64,000 nt of DNA from Longimicrobiales bacterium (GTDB lineage Bacteria > Gemmatimonadota > Gemmatimonadetes > Longimicrobiales > Gaopeijiaceae). Positions within the stretch are counted from its first letter, which is position 1; each line of letters begins with the position of its first letter. Positions 31,455 through 40,976 of the stretch are shown here, piece by piece. The notes below the pieces were generated by a model. The model had not been told where the DNA came from and did no database searches. It worked only from the letters and a program-made list of their open reading frames with translations. The position numbers and the translations under genes were made by a program. The stretch is from contig OZ250165.1 in NCBI GenBank assembly GCA_965238005.1, positions 3,520,001 to 3,584,000 of the forward strand, in the 5' to 3' direction.

Positions 31455-33040
31455 CGCGGCCGATCCTGGAGGATCTTCAACGCGGCCAGCCTGCCGGACG
31501 CGCCCGTGATACCCCCGCCGGGATGGGTGCCCGACCCACACTGGTAGTAGTTCCTGACGGGTGTGGTGAAGTCGGCCCACCCCGCCGCGGGGCGCAGACA
31601 GAAGAGCTGATGGAGCGTCAGCTCCCCATGGAAGATGTTGCCCTCGGTCAGCCCCATCTCGCGGTCGATATCCCACGGGGTCAGCACCTGTCGATGCAGG
31701 ATCGCCCCGGGGAGGTTTGGCGCGTACTGGGCCAGCGTGTCGACGACGGCGTCCCCGAACGCCTCACGCTTGGTCGCGTCCCAGCCTCCGTCGAGATCCG
31801 ACGGAGCGTACTGGACGAAGATGGACATGACGTGCTTCCCCGGAGGTGCCATGCCCGGATCGATCATGGAGGGCAGGATGATGTCCATGTAGGGCCGCCT
31901 CGAGAACCCTCCGTACTTGGCGTCGTCGTACGCCCGCTCCAGGTAATCCACGCTGGGGCTGATGGAGATGGCGCCGCGCAGGTGGGGCCCAACGCCGGGG
32001 AGGCACGTGAAGTCGGGGAGCTCGCTCAGGGACAGGTTCACCTTGCCCGAAGACCCCCGGATCTTGAAGCGCCGGATGGCGTCGACGAAATCGTCGGGAA
32101 GATCCTTGGGCCCGACCATCTGGAGGAAGGTCCGTTTGGGATCCAGGGCCGAGACCACAACGGGCGCTCGGATCTCGTCCCCGTTGTCGAGGGCCACACC
32201 CACCGCCTCGCCGTTCTTGACGATGACCTGCGCGACGCCGGCCTCGGTGTGGATATCGGCGCCGAAGCGCCTCGCGGCCCCCGCGATCGACTCGCTTACG
32301 CCGCCGGTCCCGCCCCGGGCGAACCCCCAGGCGCGCATGGCACCGTCGATCTCCCCCAAATAGTGGTGCAACAGCACGTACGCTGTGCCGGGGGATCGGG
32401 GGCCGAGGAACGTGCCGATGATCCCGCTGGCTGACATGGTGGCCTTCAAGGGCTCCGTCTCGAACCACTCGTCGAGGTAGTCGGCGGAGCTCATGGTCAT
32501 GAGCTTGAAGAGGGCGTGGAACTGCTCCTCCCCCAATCCACGAAGATGCTTGGCCAGCCGGGCGAACCCGAGGAGGTCCTTGGGACTCAAGGACGTCGGG
32601 TCGGGCGGTACCATTGCCAGGATCGGTTTCACCGCCACCGCCAGCTGGTACATGAGCTTGCCGAAGTCGTCGTACGCGTCGGCGTCCCGGGGCGAGTGCC
32701 GGTAGAGCTCTCGGCGCGTTTGATCGTGGTCCGCCCAGCGCACCAGATGGTCGCCATCCGGAAGCGGCGTGAACGTGCTCTCGAGCGGGAGGATCTCCAG
32801 GCCGTGGCGCGGCAGGTCCAGATCCCGGATGATCTCCGGGCGGAGCAGGCTCACCACATAGGAGCACACGGAGTACTTGAAGCCCGGGTAGATCTCCTCC
32901 GTAACGGCAGCGCCCCCGAGCACGTGCCGCTTCTCCAGCACCACGACGCGCTTGCCGGCCCGGGCCAGGTATGCGGCATTGACGAGGCCATTGTGGCCCC
33001 CGCCGATGACGATGGCGTCGTAGCGGTGGTCGGCCGTCAC
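31451..33040 (-). CDS. phytoene dehydrogenase-like FAD oxidoreductase (paralog 1)
   Basis: IGGGHNGL, CSYVVSLLRPEI, GNIFHGE, CGSGTHPGGG. Confidence 0.9.
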   Translation of the reverse strand: MTADHRYDAIVIGGGHNGLVNAAYLARAGKRVVVLEKRHVLGGAAVTEEIYPGFKYSVCSYVVSLLRPEIIRDLDLPRHGLEILPLESTFTPLPDGDHLVRWADHDQTRRELYRHSPRDADAYDDFGKLMYQLAVAVKPILAMVPPDPTSLSPKDLLGFARLAKHLRGLGEEQFHALFKLMTMSSADYLDEWFETEPLKATMSASGIIGTFLGPRSPGTAYVLLHHYLGEIDGAMRAWGFARGGTGGVSESIAGAARRFGADIHTEAGVAQVIVKNGEAVGVALDNGDEIRAPVVVSALDPKRTFLQMVGPKDLPDDFVDAIRRFKIRGSSGKVNLSLSELPDFTCLPGVGPHLRGAISISPSVDYLERAYDDAKYGGFSRRPYMDIILPSMIDPGMAPPGKHVMSIFVQYAPSDLDGGWDATKREAFGDAVVDTLAQYAPNLPGAILHRQVLTPWDIDREMGLTEGNIFHGELTLHQLFCLRPAAGWADFTTPVRNYYQCGSGTHPGGGITGASGRLAALKILQDRPR

Positions 33041-34230
33041 TTCGTAGCCCTCTTTCTCTCGGGGTTGAAGAAGGGCGTCTCGACGACTTGGGCCTTGGCG
33101 TTCCGTCGCTGGTGCTCCACGGTGACCTCCATGTGGACGGCGGTCCCGGGCCGAGAGTGGCTGGCGTGGAGGTGGGCCAGGGCGATGTACTTCTTGAGGA
33201 TGGGCGACCAGCACCCGCTGGTGGCGTATCCGACCTGCTTGCCCTGGCTGTACACCGGCAGGCTGGTCCGCCAGGCCACGGACGGCAGCTGAGGGGGCAC
33301 CCCGACCTTGGCGTAGACCTCCTCCAGTGATTCCCAGCCCACCTCGAGACCCCGGAGCTCCCATTCCGGCCCGCGGCGCTTTTCGTCGACTAGTGCGCTC
33401 CGCCCCACGAAGGTCTCCTTGTCCAGCTTCACCGTCCAACCGAGACCGATCTCATAGGGCGAGGACTTCCGGTCTTCGATAATGGCCCGGTGCGCCGGCA
33501 CGTAGTCCACGTCGATGAGGACGAGCCCGGCCTCGATCCGAGCCACGTCCAAGGCCAGGATCCCGGCCGGCGTGAGCCCGTAGGGCCCTCCTGCGTCCAT
33601 CAGGGCATCCCAGAGGCGGGGGGCGTCGGGAGGGTCCATCCAGATCTCGTATCCCAGATCCCCGGTGTAGCCCGTCCGAGTGACGGTGACAGGGACATCC
33701 CTTACCCGTGCCGTGGTGAGCCGGAAGAACCCCAGCCCGTCCACGGCCCCATCGGAGACGCTTCCGAGAATGGCGCGGGCGTTGGGCCCCTGGAGGGAAA
33801 GGGCCGCGAGCGAATCGGAGACGTCCGTGATCTCCACGTCCAGACCCAGGGCGTTGTCCAGGAGCCAGCGCAGATTCGGCTCCGCGGCCGTGAGCCGGAA
33901 GGTGTCGTCTTCCAGGCGGGACAGCGTGCCGTCGTCCATGACCTTCCCAGCCTCGTCACACCAGGGCGTGTAAAGGACCTGACCGGGTGCGCACCTGGAC
34001 ACGTCGCGCGTCACCACCCGGTCGAGGACGCGCGCGGCATCGCGGCCCCGAATCTCGTACTTGAAGAGGGGCGACACGTCGAACAGGGCAGCCGAGCTCC
34101 GGATGGCGTAGTACTCGCGATCGTGTGTGAGCTCGTACGATCCGGCGGTTATGTATCCGGCCCACCGGCGCCAGTTCTGGGCCTGGCAGAGGGGAGCCGT
34201 TCTCGAATGGAAGGGGGTGGTCCTCAGCAT
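33037..34230 (-). CDS. aminomethyltransferase family protein (GcvT-like, folate-binding)
   Basis: LFDVSPL, DDGT, LQGP, RTGYTGDLGYE, ARIEAG, PFFNP. Confidence 0.9.
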   Translation of the reverse strand: MLRTTPFHSRTAPLCQAQNWRRWAGYITAGSYELTHDREYYAIRSSAALFDVSPLFKYEIRGRDAARVLDRVVTRDVSRCAPGQVLYTPWCDEAGKVMDDGTLSRLEDDTFRLTAAEPNLRWLLDNALGLDVEITDVSDSLAALSLQGPNARAILGSVSDGAVDGLGFFRLTTARVRDVPVTVTRTGYTGDLGYEIWMDPPDAPRLWDALMDAGGPYGLTPAGILALDVARIEAGLVLIDVDYVPAHRAIIEDRKSSPYEIGLGWTVKLDKETFVGRSALVDEKRRGPEWELRGLEVGWESLEEVYAKVGVPPQLPSVAWRTSLPVYSQGKQVGYATSGCWSPILKKYIALAHLHASHSRPGTAVHMEVTVEHQRRNAKAQVVETPFFNPERKRATK

Positions 34231-34626
34231 GCCGATCCAAGGTGTGGGCGTCGGGGCGTGGCGGGATCTTACCGGAGGACCGACAGGGGGGCAATCGGAA
34301 CTCAAACACCCCAGGCTCGCCCCGGTGATGACCCGAGCCTGCGGAGGATGCTAGACGCGCGCCTCCACCCGATCGAGACACCGATTGGTGGCGGTAAGGA
34401 CCTCCGCCACCGCCCTCACATCGTCCCGCAGGGACTCGAGGCCCACCTCGACGGCGGTGACACCCGCGACTCCAACGCGTCGAAGCGCCGGTCGATGGCG
34501 GGCCATGTGGTGTTTGCGACGGCAACACTTCACCAGAGATCGAGGAGCCCTCGCGGGGGCGGCGCCGGGAGCCCATCTTCCCGGACCGGAACCGCACCAA
34601 CAGGGAGGTCCCCATGCTTATCCAGG

Positions 34627-35451
34627 ATGACGCATTCGGCGGGGTTGCCTCGGGAATCGGACTTCCCGTACTGGACGGCTCCCTTCGACGCTCCGACCCA
34701 TGACCAGATCGTGACCCGGATCAGCAGTCAGGAGACGCTGTACCCTGCCTGGAAGTACTACCAGTACTCCAATCTGGGCCTGACGCTGGTAGGCGAGATC
34801 GTGGGCGAGCTCTCGGGTCAGCCCTACGACGAGTACGTCCGGGAGAACATCCTGGACCCCTTGGGCATGACCTCCACCACCCCCGAGATCGGCGAGGTCC
34901 AGGGCACGGAGAAGCTGGCCACGGGCTACAGCGCACCCCGCCGGCATGGGAACCGGGAGAGGCTGGAGCCGTTCGAGGGCCGCGGGATTGCCCCGGCCAT
35001 GGGCTTCGCCTCCACGGTGGAGGATCTGGCCAAGTTCGCGTCGTGGCAGTTCCGGCTACTCGAGACGGGCCGGCATGAGATCCTGGAAGCCAACACGCTT
35101 CGGGAGATGCAGCGGGTTCACTACGTGGATCCCGGCTGGGAGACGAGCCGTGGCCTGGGCTTCAGCGTGTCGCGTCGAGACGAAAAGACGTTCGTGGGAC
35201 ACGGCGGGAGCTGCCCGGGGCACCGGTCCAACTTGCAGATGCAGATGGACGAGAAGATCGCCACCATCGCCATGTCCAATGCCATGATCAACACGGGGAT
35301 CTTCACGCGGCGCGCCTACGAGATCATGGCTCCGGCGATCGAGGCCGCCAGGGAGAGCCCAACTTCTCGGACAGGATCCGGTAGGGGATCTGGCGTCCAT
35401 GTTCGACGACACATCGCTCACCCCATTCCAGCCATGGAGCACACTCGATGA
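34627..35451 (+). pseudogene. serine hydrolase (beta-lactamase family) internal fragment
   Basis: MTHSAGLP, YSNLG, PLGM..T, GHGGS; no SxxK N-terminus or normal C-terminus. Confidence 0.8.
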
Positions 35452-35460
35452 GAACGCCGC
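35391..35460 (+). repeat. orphan copy of the upstream/start region of the CehA-like gene (36691-36761)
   Basis: 63/71 aligned positions identical, including GGAG and ATG AGA ACG CCG. Confidence 0.85.
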
Positions 35461-35543
35461 TGACAGACGGCATTGACCGCTAGGTTCTCCAGTGGTATTA
35501 CCAACAGCGGCGAGGTCTTTCGTCCTTCACAGGAGGAGGCTTT

Positions 35544-36094
35544 ATGAAACACACAGTCTAGTAGGATGCGTTATGGTGCTCACTACCTTGGGCTTGATCG
35601 CCGCCTGCTCGGGCGATGACGGACCCGTAGGACCAGCGGGAACAGCGGGAGCAGCAGGATCGGCGGGACCAGCGGGACCGGCGGGACCGGCGGCAATCGA
35701 GAACTTCACCTCGGCACTGGCTGGTACGAATGAGGTGCCCGCCAACGCGAGTACCGCAGCCGGCACCGCCACCATCTCCGTCGTCGGGCCAATCCTCGTG
35801 TATAGAATCGATGTCACGGACATCACAGACGTGACGGGCGCCCATATTCACGGCCCGGCCGCCGCGGGGACCAATACGGGTATCTTTGTGAACCTCTGTG
35901 GTAGGGGCAGCGCTCCAGCGTGCGCAACCGGCACGGTTAACGGAGTCCTCGTGAGTGGCACGGCGACGCCGGAGTCGAACATTTCGGTCGATTCCATGCT
36001 GGTTTTGTTCCGGAACGAGAACTCCTACGTCAACGTGCACACGACCGCAATCCCCGGAGGTGAACTCCGAGGGCAGATCACGACGATGCAGTAG
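35544..36094 (+). CDS. CHRD-domain lipoprotein with short collagen-like (GxY) linker; frameshift just after the ATG
   Basis: AGGAGG RBS plus ATG at 35544 out of frame (ACACAC run); IAAC lipobox; GPAG repeats; L.GTNEVP, AHIH, YVNVHT...PGGELRGQI. Confidence 0.8.
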
Positions 36095-36099
36095 ACTCC

Positions 36100-36614
36100 C
36101 CGGGCTGGACCTCTGCACGTCGATGAATGAGCGGCGAGCGAGGTATCGGCGGCATGGTCGAACAGCAACTCTCGGGGTCGGGGTCGATGGCGGCGGAGTA
36201 AGGAGAACGTCATCTTCCTCGGCCCTCCCAGCGTCGGGAGGACCATTTAGCCATCAGTCTGGCTATCGCCGCCGCGCAGAGTGGCCGCCGCGTCTACTAC
36301 GGTGGCCCTGGCCGACCTCATCACCTCGCTGGAAGAAGCCAAGGCCGTGGGCCGGCTAGGACACCGCCTCAAGACCCTGACCTACCCCTCGCTCCTGGTC
36401 GTCGACGAGATCGGCTACCTACCGGTCAGTCAGACCGGTGCCATGCTCTTCTTCCAGCTGATCACCGGCGCTACGAGCACGCATCCACCGGGCCCACGTC
36501 CAACAAGGGCTTCAAGGAGTGGGGAGAAAACGACGAACTAGAGGCTCGTCACCTCCCCCCGAAGTGTGATATTTTCAACCGCCACATCTGTGACATTTTC
36601 AACCGGCGTTGACA
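36100..36614 (+). mobile_element. istB: IS21-family remnant: degenerate istB and right end
   Basis: ENVIFLGP..VG, LLVVDEIGYLP, LFFQLI, RYE, TSNKGF.EWG across frameshifts; repeated TGTGA(T/C)ATTTTCAACCG motifs ending ...GGCGTTGACA at 36614; left boundary approximate. Confidence 0.85.
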
Positions 36615-36748
36615 TCATGCCCCGAGGGGGAGCGGGCAACGGGTCTCGGACACCCCATTCCCTATCAGTCCCGAAGCCCGATTCGCATCTTGGCGTCCAT
36701 GCGCGACGAGCACATCGTTCACCCCATTCCGGCGTTGGAGCACGCTCG

Positions 36749-39391
36749 ATGAGAACGCCGCACAGAGCCCCGTTCGCTCCGCTCCTCTGCGCAGGGCTCC
36801 TGGCCTGCGCAGAGGATGCCACTCCGCCTGACGCTGGGGGGCGCTCCGGCGTGTTGGACACCCCGCCGCCCGCACGGGTCGCGGGCTACGAGTGGGCGCG
36901 CCACGGCGGCAACTACATGTACAACTACTACCTCCCCCCCGCCCCTAGCTCCACACCTTGGGCTCCCGCCTGGTCCCCCGACGGTGAGGCCATCGCGGTG
37001 GGCATGAGCGGATCCATCTGGGCGGTGGACATCGAGTCTGGCGTGGACACCGAGCCGGGCGTAGCCACCGAGCTCACGCGAGGCCCCGGGTACCACTCCT
37101 CGCCGGCGTGGTCACCCGACGGACGGTGGATCGTCTACACGGCAGACAACGGCGCGTCGGCCGGTGACGGCGCCCACACGATCCAATTGGAGGTCCTGGA
37201 CCTGGAATCGGGCGAGACCCATGCCCTCACCGACGATGAGTTCGTCTACGCAGACCCGGTATTCTCGCCGGACGGGACTCGGCTGGCCTACGTCTCCACC
37301 CAGCCGAACGGGTACTTCAACGTCTACGTACGCACCGTCGAAGACGGGCACTGGAGTGGGGAGGCGGCGGCGGTCACGTCGGACAACGACTTCGGGCGCC
37401 CCCGCCTCTACTTCGGCTCCCTTGACATGCACCTCTCGCCGACGTGGATGCCGAACGGTGAGGAGCTCCTCCTGGTCTCCAATCGGGACGTGGCACTGGG
37501 GTCGGGCAACGTGATCCGGGTACCGGCCGAGGCGGGCGGCATCGAGCGCGGCCGCACCGTCCTCGCCGAGCAGACCCTCTACCGGGCTCGGCCCGACGTG
37601 TCGCTGGACGGCAAGCGGTTCGTGTACTCGTCGACGTCCGGCTCCGCGGACCAGTACAACAACCTCTACGTGCAGCCTACCGTGGGCGGCGAGCCGTACA
37701 AGCTCACTTTCTTCGAGCACGACGCCTTCCATCCCCGCTGGTCCCCGAACGGCGAGTGGATCGCCTTCATATCCAACGAGGACGGCCTCCCCCAGCTCGA
37801 GCTCCTGGAGACGTACGGTGGGACTCGCCGCTTCCTCGACATCACCGAGCGGCGCTGGAAGGAGCCCATGGGCACGCTCCAGGTGACGGTCCGAGCCGAG
37901 GGTGTCTCTGGGCCCACCGCGGCGCGCGTGACCCTGACAGCGGCCGACGGGAAGGTCTGGGCGCCCCATGACGCCTACGCGCGCATCGGCGGGCTGGGCG
38001 GCTTCCCCGCCTTCCACACCACGGGGAGCTTCTCCCTGGAACTCCCTCCGGGCCCGGCGGACCTCACGGTCATGAAAGGCTTCGAGCTCTACCCGGAACG
38101 GCGGAGGGTCGAGATCCAAGCCGGTGAGGTGACCGAGGTGGACGTCACCCTCCGGCGTCTGGCCGACCTCTCGGCGGAGGGCTGGCACAACGGATCCACC
38201 CACGTCCACATGAACTACGCCGGGAATCTCCACAACACGCTGGAGAACATGATGATGATGTCCGACGCCGAGGATCAGGACGTCGTCAACCAGCAGATCG
38301 CCAACAAGGACAATCGGATTCTCGATCACCAGTTCTTCGTCCCCGGGGGCGGGGCCCACCCGCTCTCCACCCCGGAGCGCGTCCTGGTGGTGGGACAGGA
38401 GTATCGGCCGCCCTTCTACGGCCACGTCTTCATGCTGGGCCTGGAGAATCACCTCATCTCGCCCTTTACGACGGGCTACGAGGGTACGGCCATCGAGAGC
38501 CTCTACCCCTCGAATACGGACATGCTCAGGAAGGCCAAGCTCCAGGGTGCCACCACGGGATACGTGCATGCATTCTCGGGAGATGGAGACCCCTTGGAGG
38601 GCGATCTGGGCGGGGGCAAGGGTTTCATCGTGGACGCTGTCCTGGAGGCCCTGGACGCCCTGGAGTGGTCCACCGCGAGCCGAGCCGGCTTCTATCCCCT
38701 GTACGCGGTCTGGAACAACGACCTCAGGATCACGGCAGTGGGGGGCGAGGACGCCATCAGCAACCTCCACTGGACGCCTCTAGTGGGTGCCATGCGGACC
38801 TACGTTCGCACACCGGACGGCGGGCGGACCATGGAAGGCTGGTTCCAGGGGCTCCGGGACGGCCGTGCCTTCGTCACCAACGGGCCACTCGTCGAGCTCA
38901 TCGTGAACGACAGCATTCCCGGCTCCGAGATCGAGCTGCCCGCCGGAGCCACGAGCGTCGCGGTCTGGGCCCGGGTCCGCTCCATCACACCCCTCACGCG
39001 GGTATGGCTCGTCCACAACGGTCGGGATGTTCAGGAGATCACGCTGTCCGAGGATCGTACGCGCGCCGAGTTCCAGGGTGAGGTGGCGATCCGCGGCAGC
39101 GGTTGGATCCACCTGAGAGCGGAGGGAGTACCTGAGGAGCGCTACCCCCTGGACGCCCGCTTCGCCCAGGCGTTCACCAACCCGGCGTGGTTCACGGTGG
39201 ACGGGGCACCCATCCGGGATCCAGCGTCGGCAGAGTACGGGATCCGGTGGATCGAGAAGCTCACGGCCATGGCGGAAGCGTCGCCCGGCTGGCGCTCCGA
39301 GCACGAGTGGCGTGAGGTCCTGTACCAGTTCCAGCAGGCGGATGGGGTATACGAGCGGCTGAAGGCCGAGGCGGGAGGATTGAACCCGTGA
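36749..39391 (+). CDS. CehA/McbA-like PHP metallohydrolase with TolB-like PD40 repeats, lipoprotein
   Basis: LLAC; PAWSPDG repeats; THVHMNY, GQEYR, YVH, GGED, AFVTNGP, AFTNP. Confidence 0.82.
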   Translation: MRTPHRAPFAPLLCAGLLACAEDATPPDAGGRSGVLDTPPPARVAGYEWARHGGNYMYNYYLPPAPSSTPWAPAWSPDGEAIAVGMSGSIWAVDIESGVDTEPGVATELTRGPGYHSSPAWSPDGRWIVYTADNGASAGDGAHTIQLEVLDLESGETHALTDDEFVYADPVFSPDGTRLAYVSTQPNGYFNVYVRTVEDGHWSGEAAAVTSDNDFGRPRLYFGSLDMHLSPTWMPNGEELLLVSNRDVALGSGNVIRVPAEAGGIERGRTVLAEQTLYRARPDVSLDGKRFVYSSTSGSADQYNNLYVQPTVGGEPYKLTFFEHDAFHPRWSPNGEWIAFISNEDGLPQLELLETYGGTRRFLDITERRWKEPMGTLQVTVRAEGVSGPTAARVTLTAADGKVWAPHDAYARIGGLGGFPAFHTTGSFSLELPPGPADLTVMKGFELYPERRRVEIQAGEVTEVDVTLRRLADLSAEGWHNGSTHVHMNYAGNLHNTLENMMMMSDAEDQDVVNQQIANKDNRILDHQFFVPGGGAHPLSTPERVLVVGQEYRPPFYGHVFMLGLENHLISPFTTGYEGTAIESLYPSNTDMLRKAKLQGATTGYVHAFSGDGDPLEGDLGGGKGFIVDAVLEALDALEWSTASRAGFYPLYAVWNNDLRITAVGGEDAISNLHWTPLVGAMRTYVRTPDGGRTMEGWFQGLRDGRAFVTNGPLVELIVNDSIPGSEIELPAGATSVAVWARVRSITPLTRVWLVHNGRDVQEITLSEDRTRAEFQGEVAIRGSGWIHLRAEGVPEERYPLDARFAQAFTNPAWFTVDGAPIRDPASAEYGIRWIEKLTAMAEASPGWRSEHEWREVLYQFQQADGVYERLKAEAGGLNP

Positions 39392-40401
39392 GGGTGACCC
39401 GACGGTGCGCTCTTCCTCGCAGCGGTCTCGGTCCATACCCGGGCCGCGGAGTGGCTTTGATCCTGGGGGCGCTCGGCCTGGCCGGGTTAGGAGAAGGGAG
39501 CTGGGTCGCGGGCCTGGGAGGGCAAAGCCGGCTCGCGCCCCTCCCGGGCCGGACCCTGGCAGCGGCTCTCGCTGGACAGACCCCGGCAATGGAGCCGTCC
39601 TCCCAAGAGGCGAGTGCTCTGGCCCGATACTCGCTCGACGAAGATCATCGCGTGCAGTGGAGGCTCCCCAATCGGCTGCGGGAGATCTCGGGCCTCGCAG
39701 TAGCTTCGACGGATCGAGTGTTCACCCACGACGACGAAAGGGCGGTCATCTACGAGATCGACGTCCGGGAGCAGCGTATCGCAAAGAGGTTTGCCCTGGG
39801 TGACCCACCGGTCCGGGACGACTTCGAGGGCTTGTTCGTCCTCGAGGACCGGTTCTTCCTCGTGACGAGCGACGGTGTGCTCTTCGAGAGCCTCGAGGGC
39901 GACGACGGCGAGCGACTCGACTACAACATGTATGTGACCGGGGCCGGTCGCCTCTGCGAGGTGGAGGGTCTCGCCGCCAATCTCCCCCGTACTCACCTTC
40001 TCCTGGCCTGCAAGACTCCCAGAACCCGTGAGCTGCGACCGTGGGTTACCCTGCTGCCCTGGTCCATCGAAGAGCGCCGGCTGGAGCCGGACCGGATGAT
40101 CCGGTTCCCCCTGAACGCGTTCATCGGAGAGGTGAAGGGCGACGAGTTCAGTCCCTCCGGCCTGTCTCAGGTTCCGGGGGACGATCACTTCTTCCTGGTC
40201 GCCGCTGCGCAGAACGCGATTGCGGAAATCTCACTGGACAGCCGCTTCTGGGGGATCGCGTCACTCGACAGAGGGCGGCACCAACAAACGGAGGGGATCG
40301 CTTTCCTCTCGGACGGTACCATGATCCTGGCCGACGAGGGGAGCGGGCGCCGTGGCCGGCTGACCTTCTACCGCATCGATGCCGGCACTCCCGGGAACTG
40401 A
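39388..40401 (+). CDS. SdiA-regulated (YjiK-like) beta-propeller protein
   Basis: LREISGLA, HDDE, DFEG, EVEGL, SPSGL, QTEGIAF, ADEG. Confidence 0.75.
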   Translation: MRVTRRCALPRSGLGPYPGRGVALILGALGLAGLGEGSWVAGLGGQSRLAPLPGRTLAAALAGQTPAMEPSSQEASALARYSLDEDHRVQWRLPNRLREISGLAVASTDRVFTHDDERAVIYEIDVREQRIAKRFALGDPPVRDDFEGLFVLEDRFFLVTSDGVLFESLEGDDGERLDYNMYVTGAGRLCEVEGLAANLPRTHLLLACKTPRTRELRPWVTLLPWSIEERRLEPDRMIRFPLNAFIGEVKGDEFSPSGLSQVPGDDHFFLVAAAQNAIAEISLDSRFWGIASLDRGRHQQTEGIAFLSDGTMILADEGSGRRGRLTFYRIDAGTPGN

Positions 40402-40474
40402 CGGTCCGCGGGCCGCTGCCTCCCTCGGCATGTTAGATTCCCCCTTCCAGAATCCACGCATCGAGAGGACATGC

Positions 40475-40975
40475 ATGGCCAAGAAGAGCTCCTTCGACGT
40501 ATCCACGGGCGTCGATCTCCAGGAGGTGGACAACGCGGCGAACCAGGCGCGTAAGGAGATCGCTACCCGCTACGACTTCAAGGGCACCGACTGCACGATC
40601 GACTTCGACCGGGCTGCGGGCGAGGTCAAGCTCGAGGCCGACGACGGGTACCGGCTCACGGCAGTTCTGCAGATCCTCCGGGAGAAGCTCGCCCGCAGGA
40701 ACGTCCCGTTGAAGAACCTCGATCAGGGCAAAGCCGAGATCGGTTCCCTCGGTCGGGCGCGCCAGACCATCGGGCTCAAGCAGGGCATCGACCAGGAGAC
40801 CGGCAAGAAGATGGTGAAGGCAATCAAGGACCACGGCTTCAAGAAGGTCCAGGTCCAGGTTCAGGGGGATGAGCTACGGGTCACGAGCCCCTCGAAGGAC
40901 GAGCTCCAGTCCGTCATGGCCTTCCTCAAAGGCCAGGACTGGGGGGTGGAGCTCAAGTTCGGGAACTATCGGTAG
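40475..40975 (+). CDS. yajQ: YajQ family cyclic-di-GMP-binding protein
   Basis: SFDV...DLQEVDNA.NQ..KEI..RYDFKG, QGDELRV, FGNYR. Confidence 0.95.
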   Translation: MAKKSSFDVSTGVDLQEVDNAANQARKEIATRYDFKGTDCTIDFDRAAGEVKLEADDGYRLTAVLQILREKLARRNVPLKNLDQGKAEIGSLGRARQTIGLKQGIDQETGKKMVKAIKDHGFKKVQVQVQGDELRVTSPSKDELQSVMAFLKGQDWGVELKFGNYR

Positions 40976-40976
40976 G

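Noticed and set aside
29865..33040. Carotenoid biosynthesis (crtI/crtO)
   Set aside because: No crtB/crtE/crtY nearby; context points to folate-linked catabolism
34351..34533. Short coiled-coil ORF (ESLRDDVRAVAE)
   Set aside because: Looks like another fragment; too short to assign
33490..34626. 653-aa ORF suggesting a long serine hydrolase
   Set aside because: The N-terminal part is antisense to the GcvT-like gene; only 34627 onward shows homology
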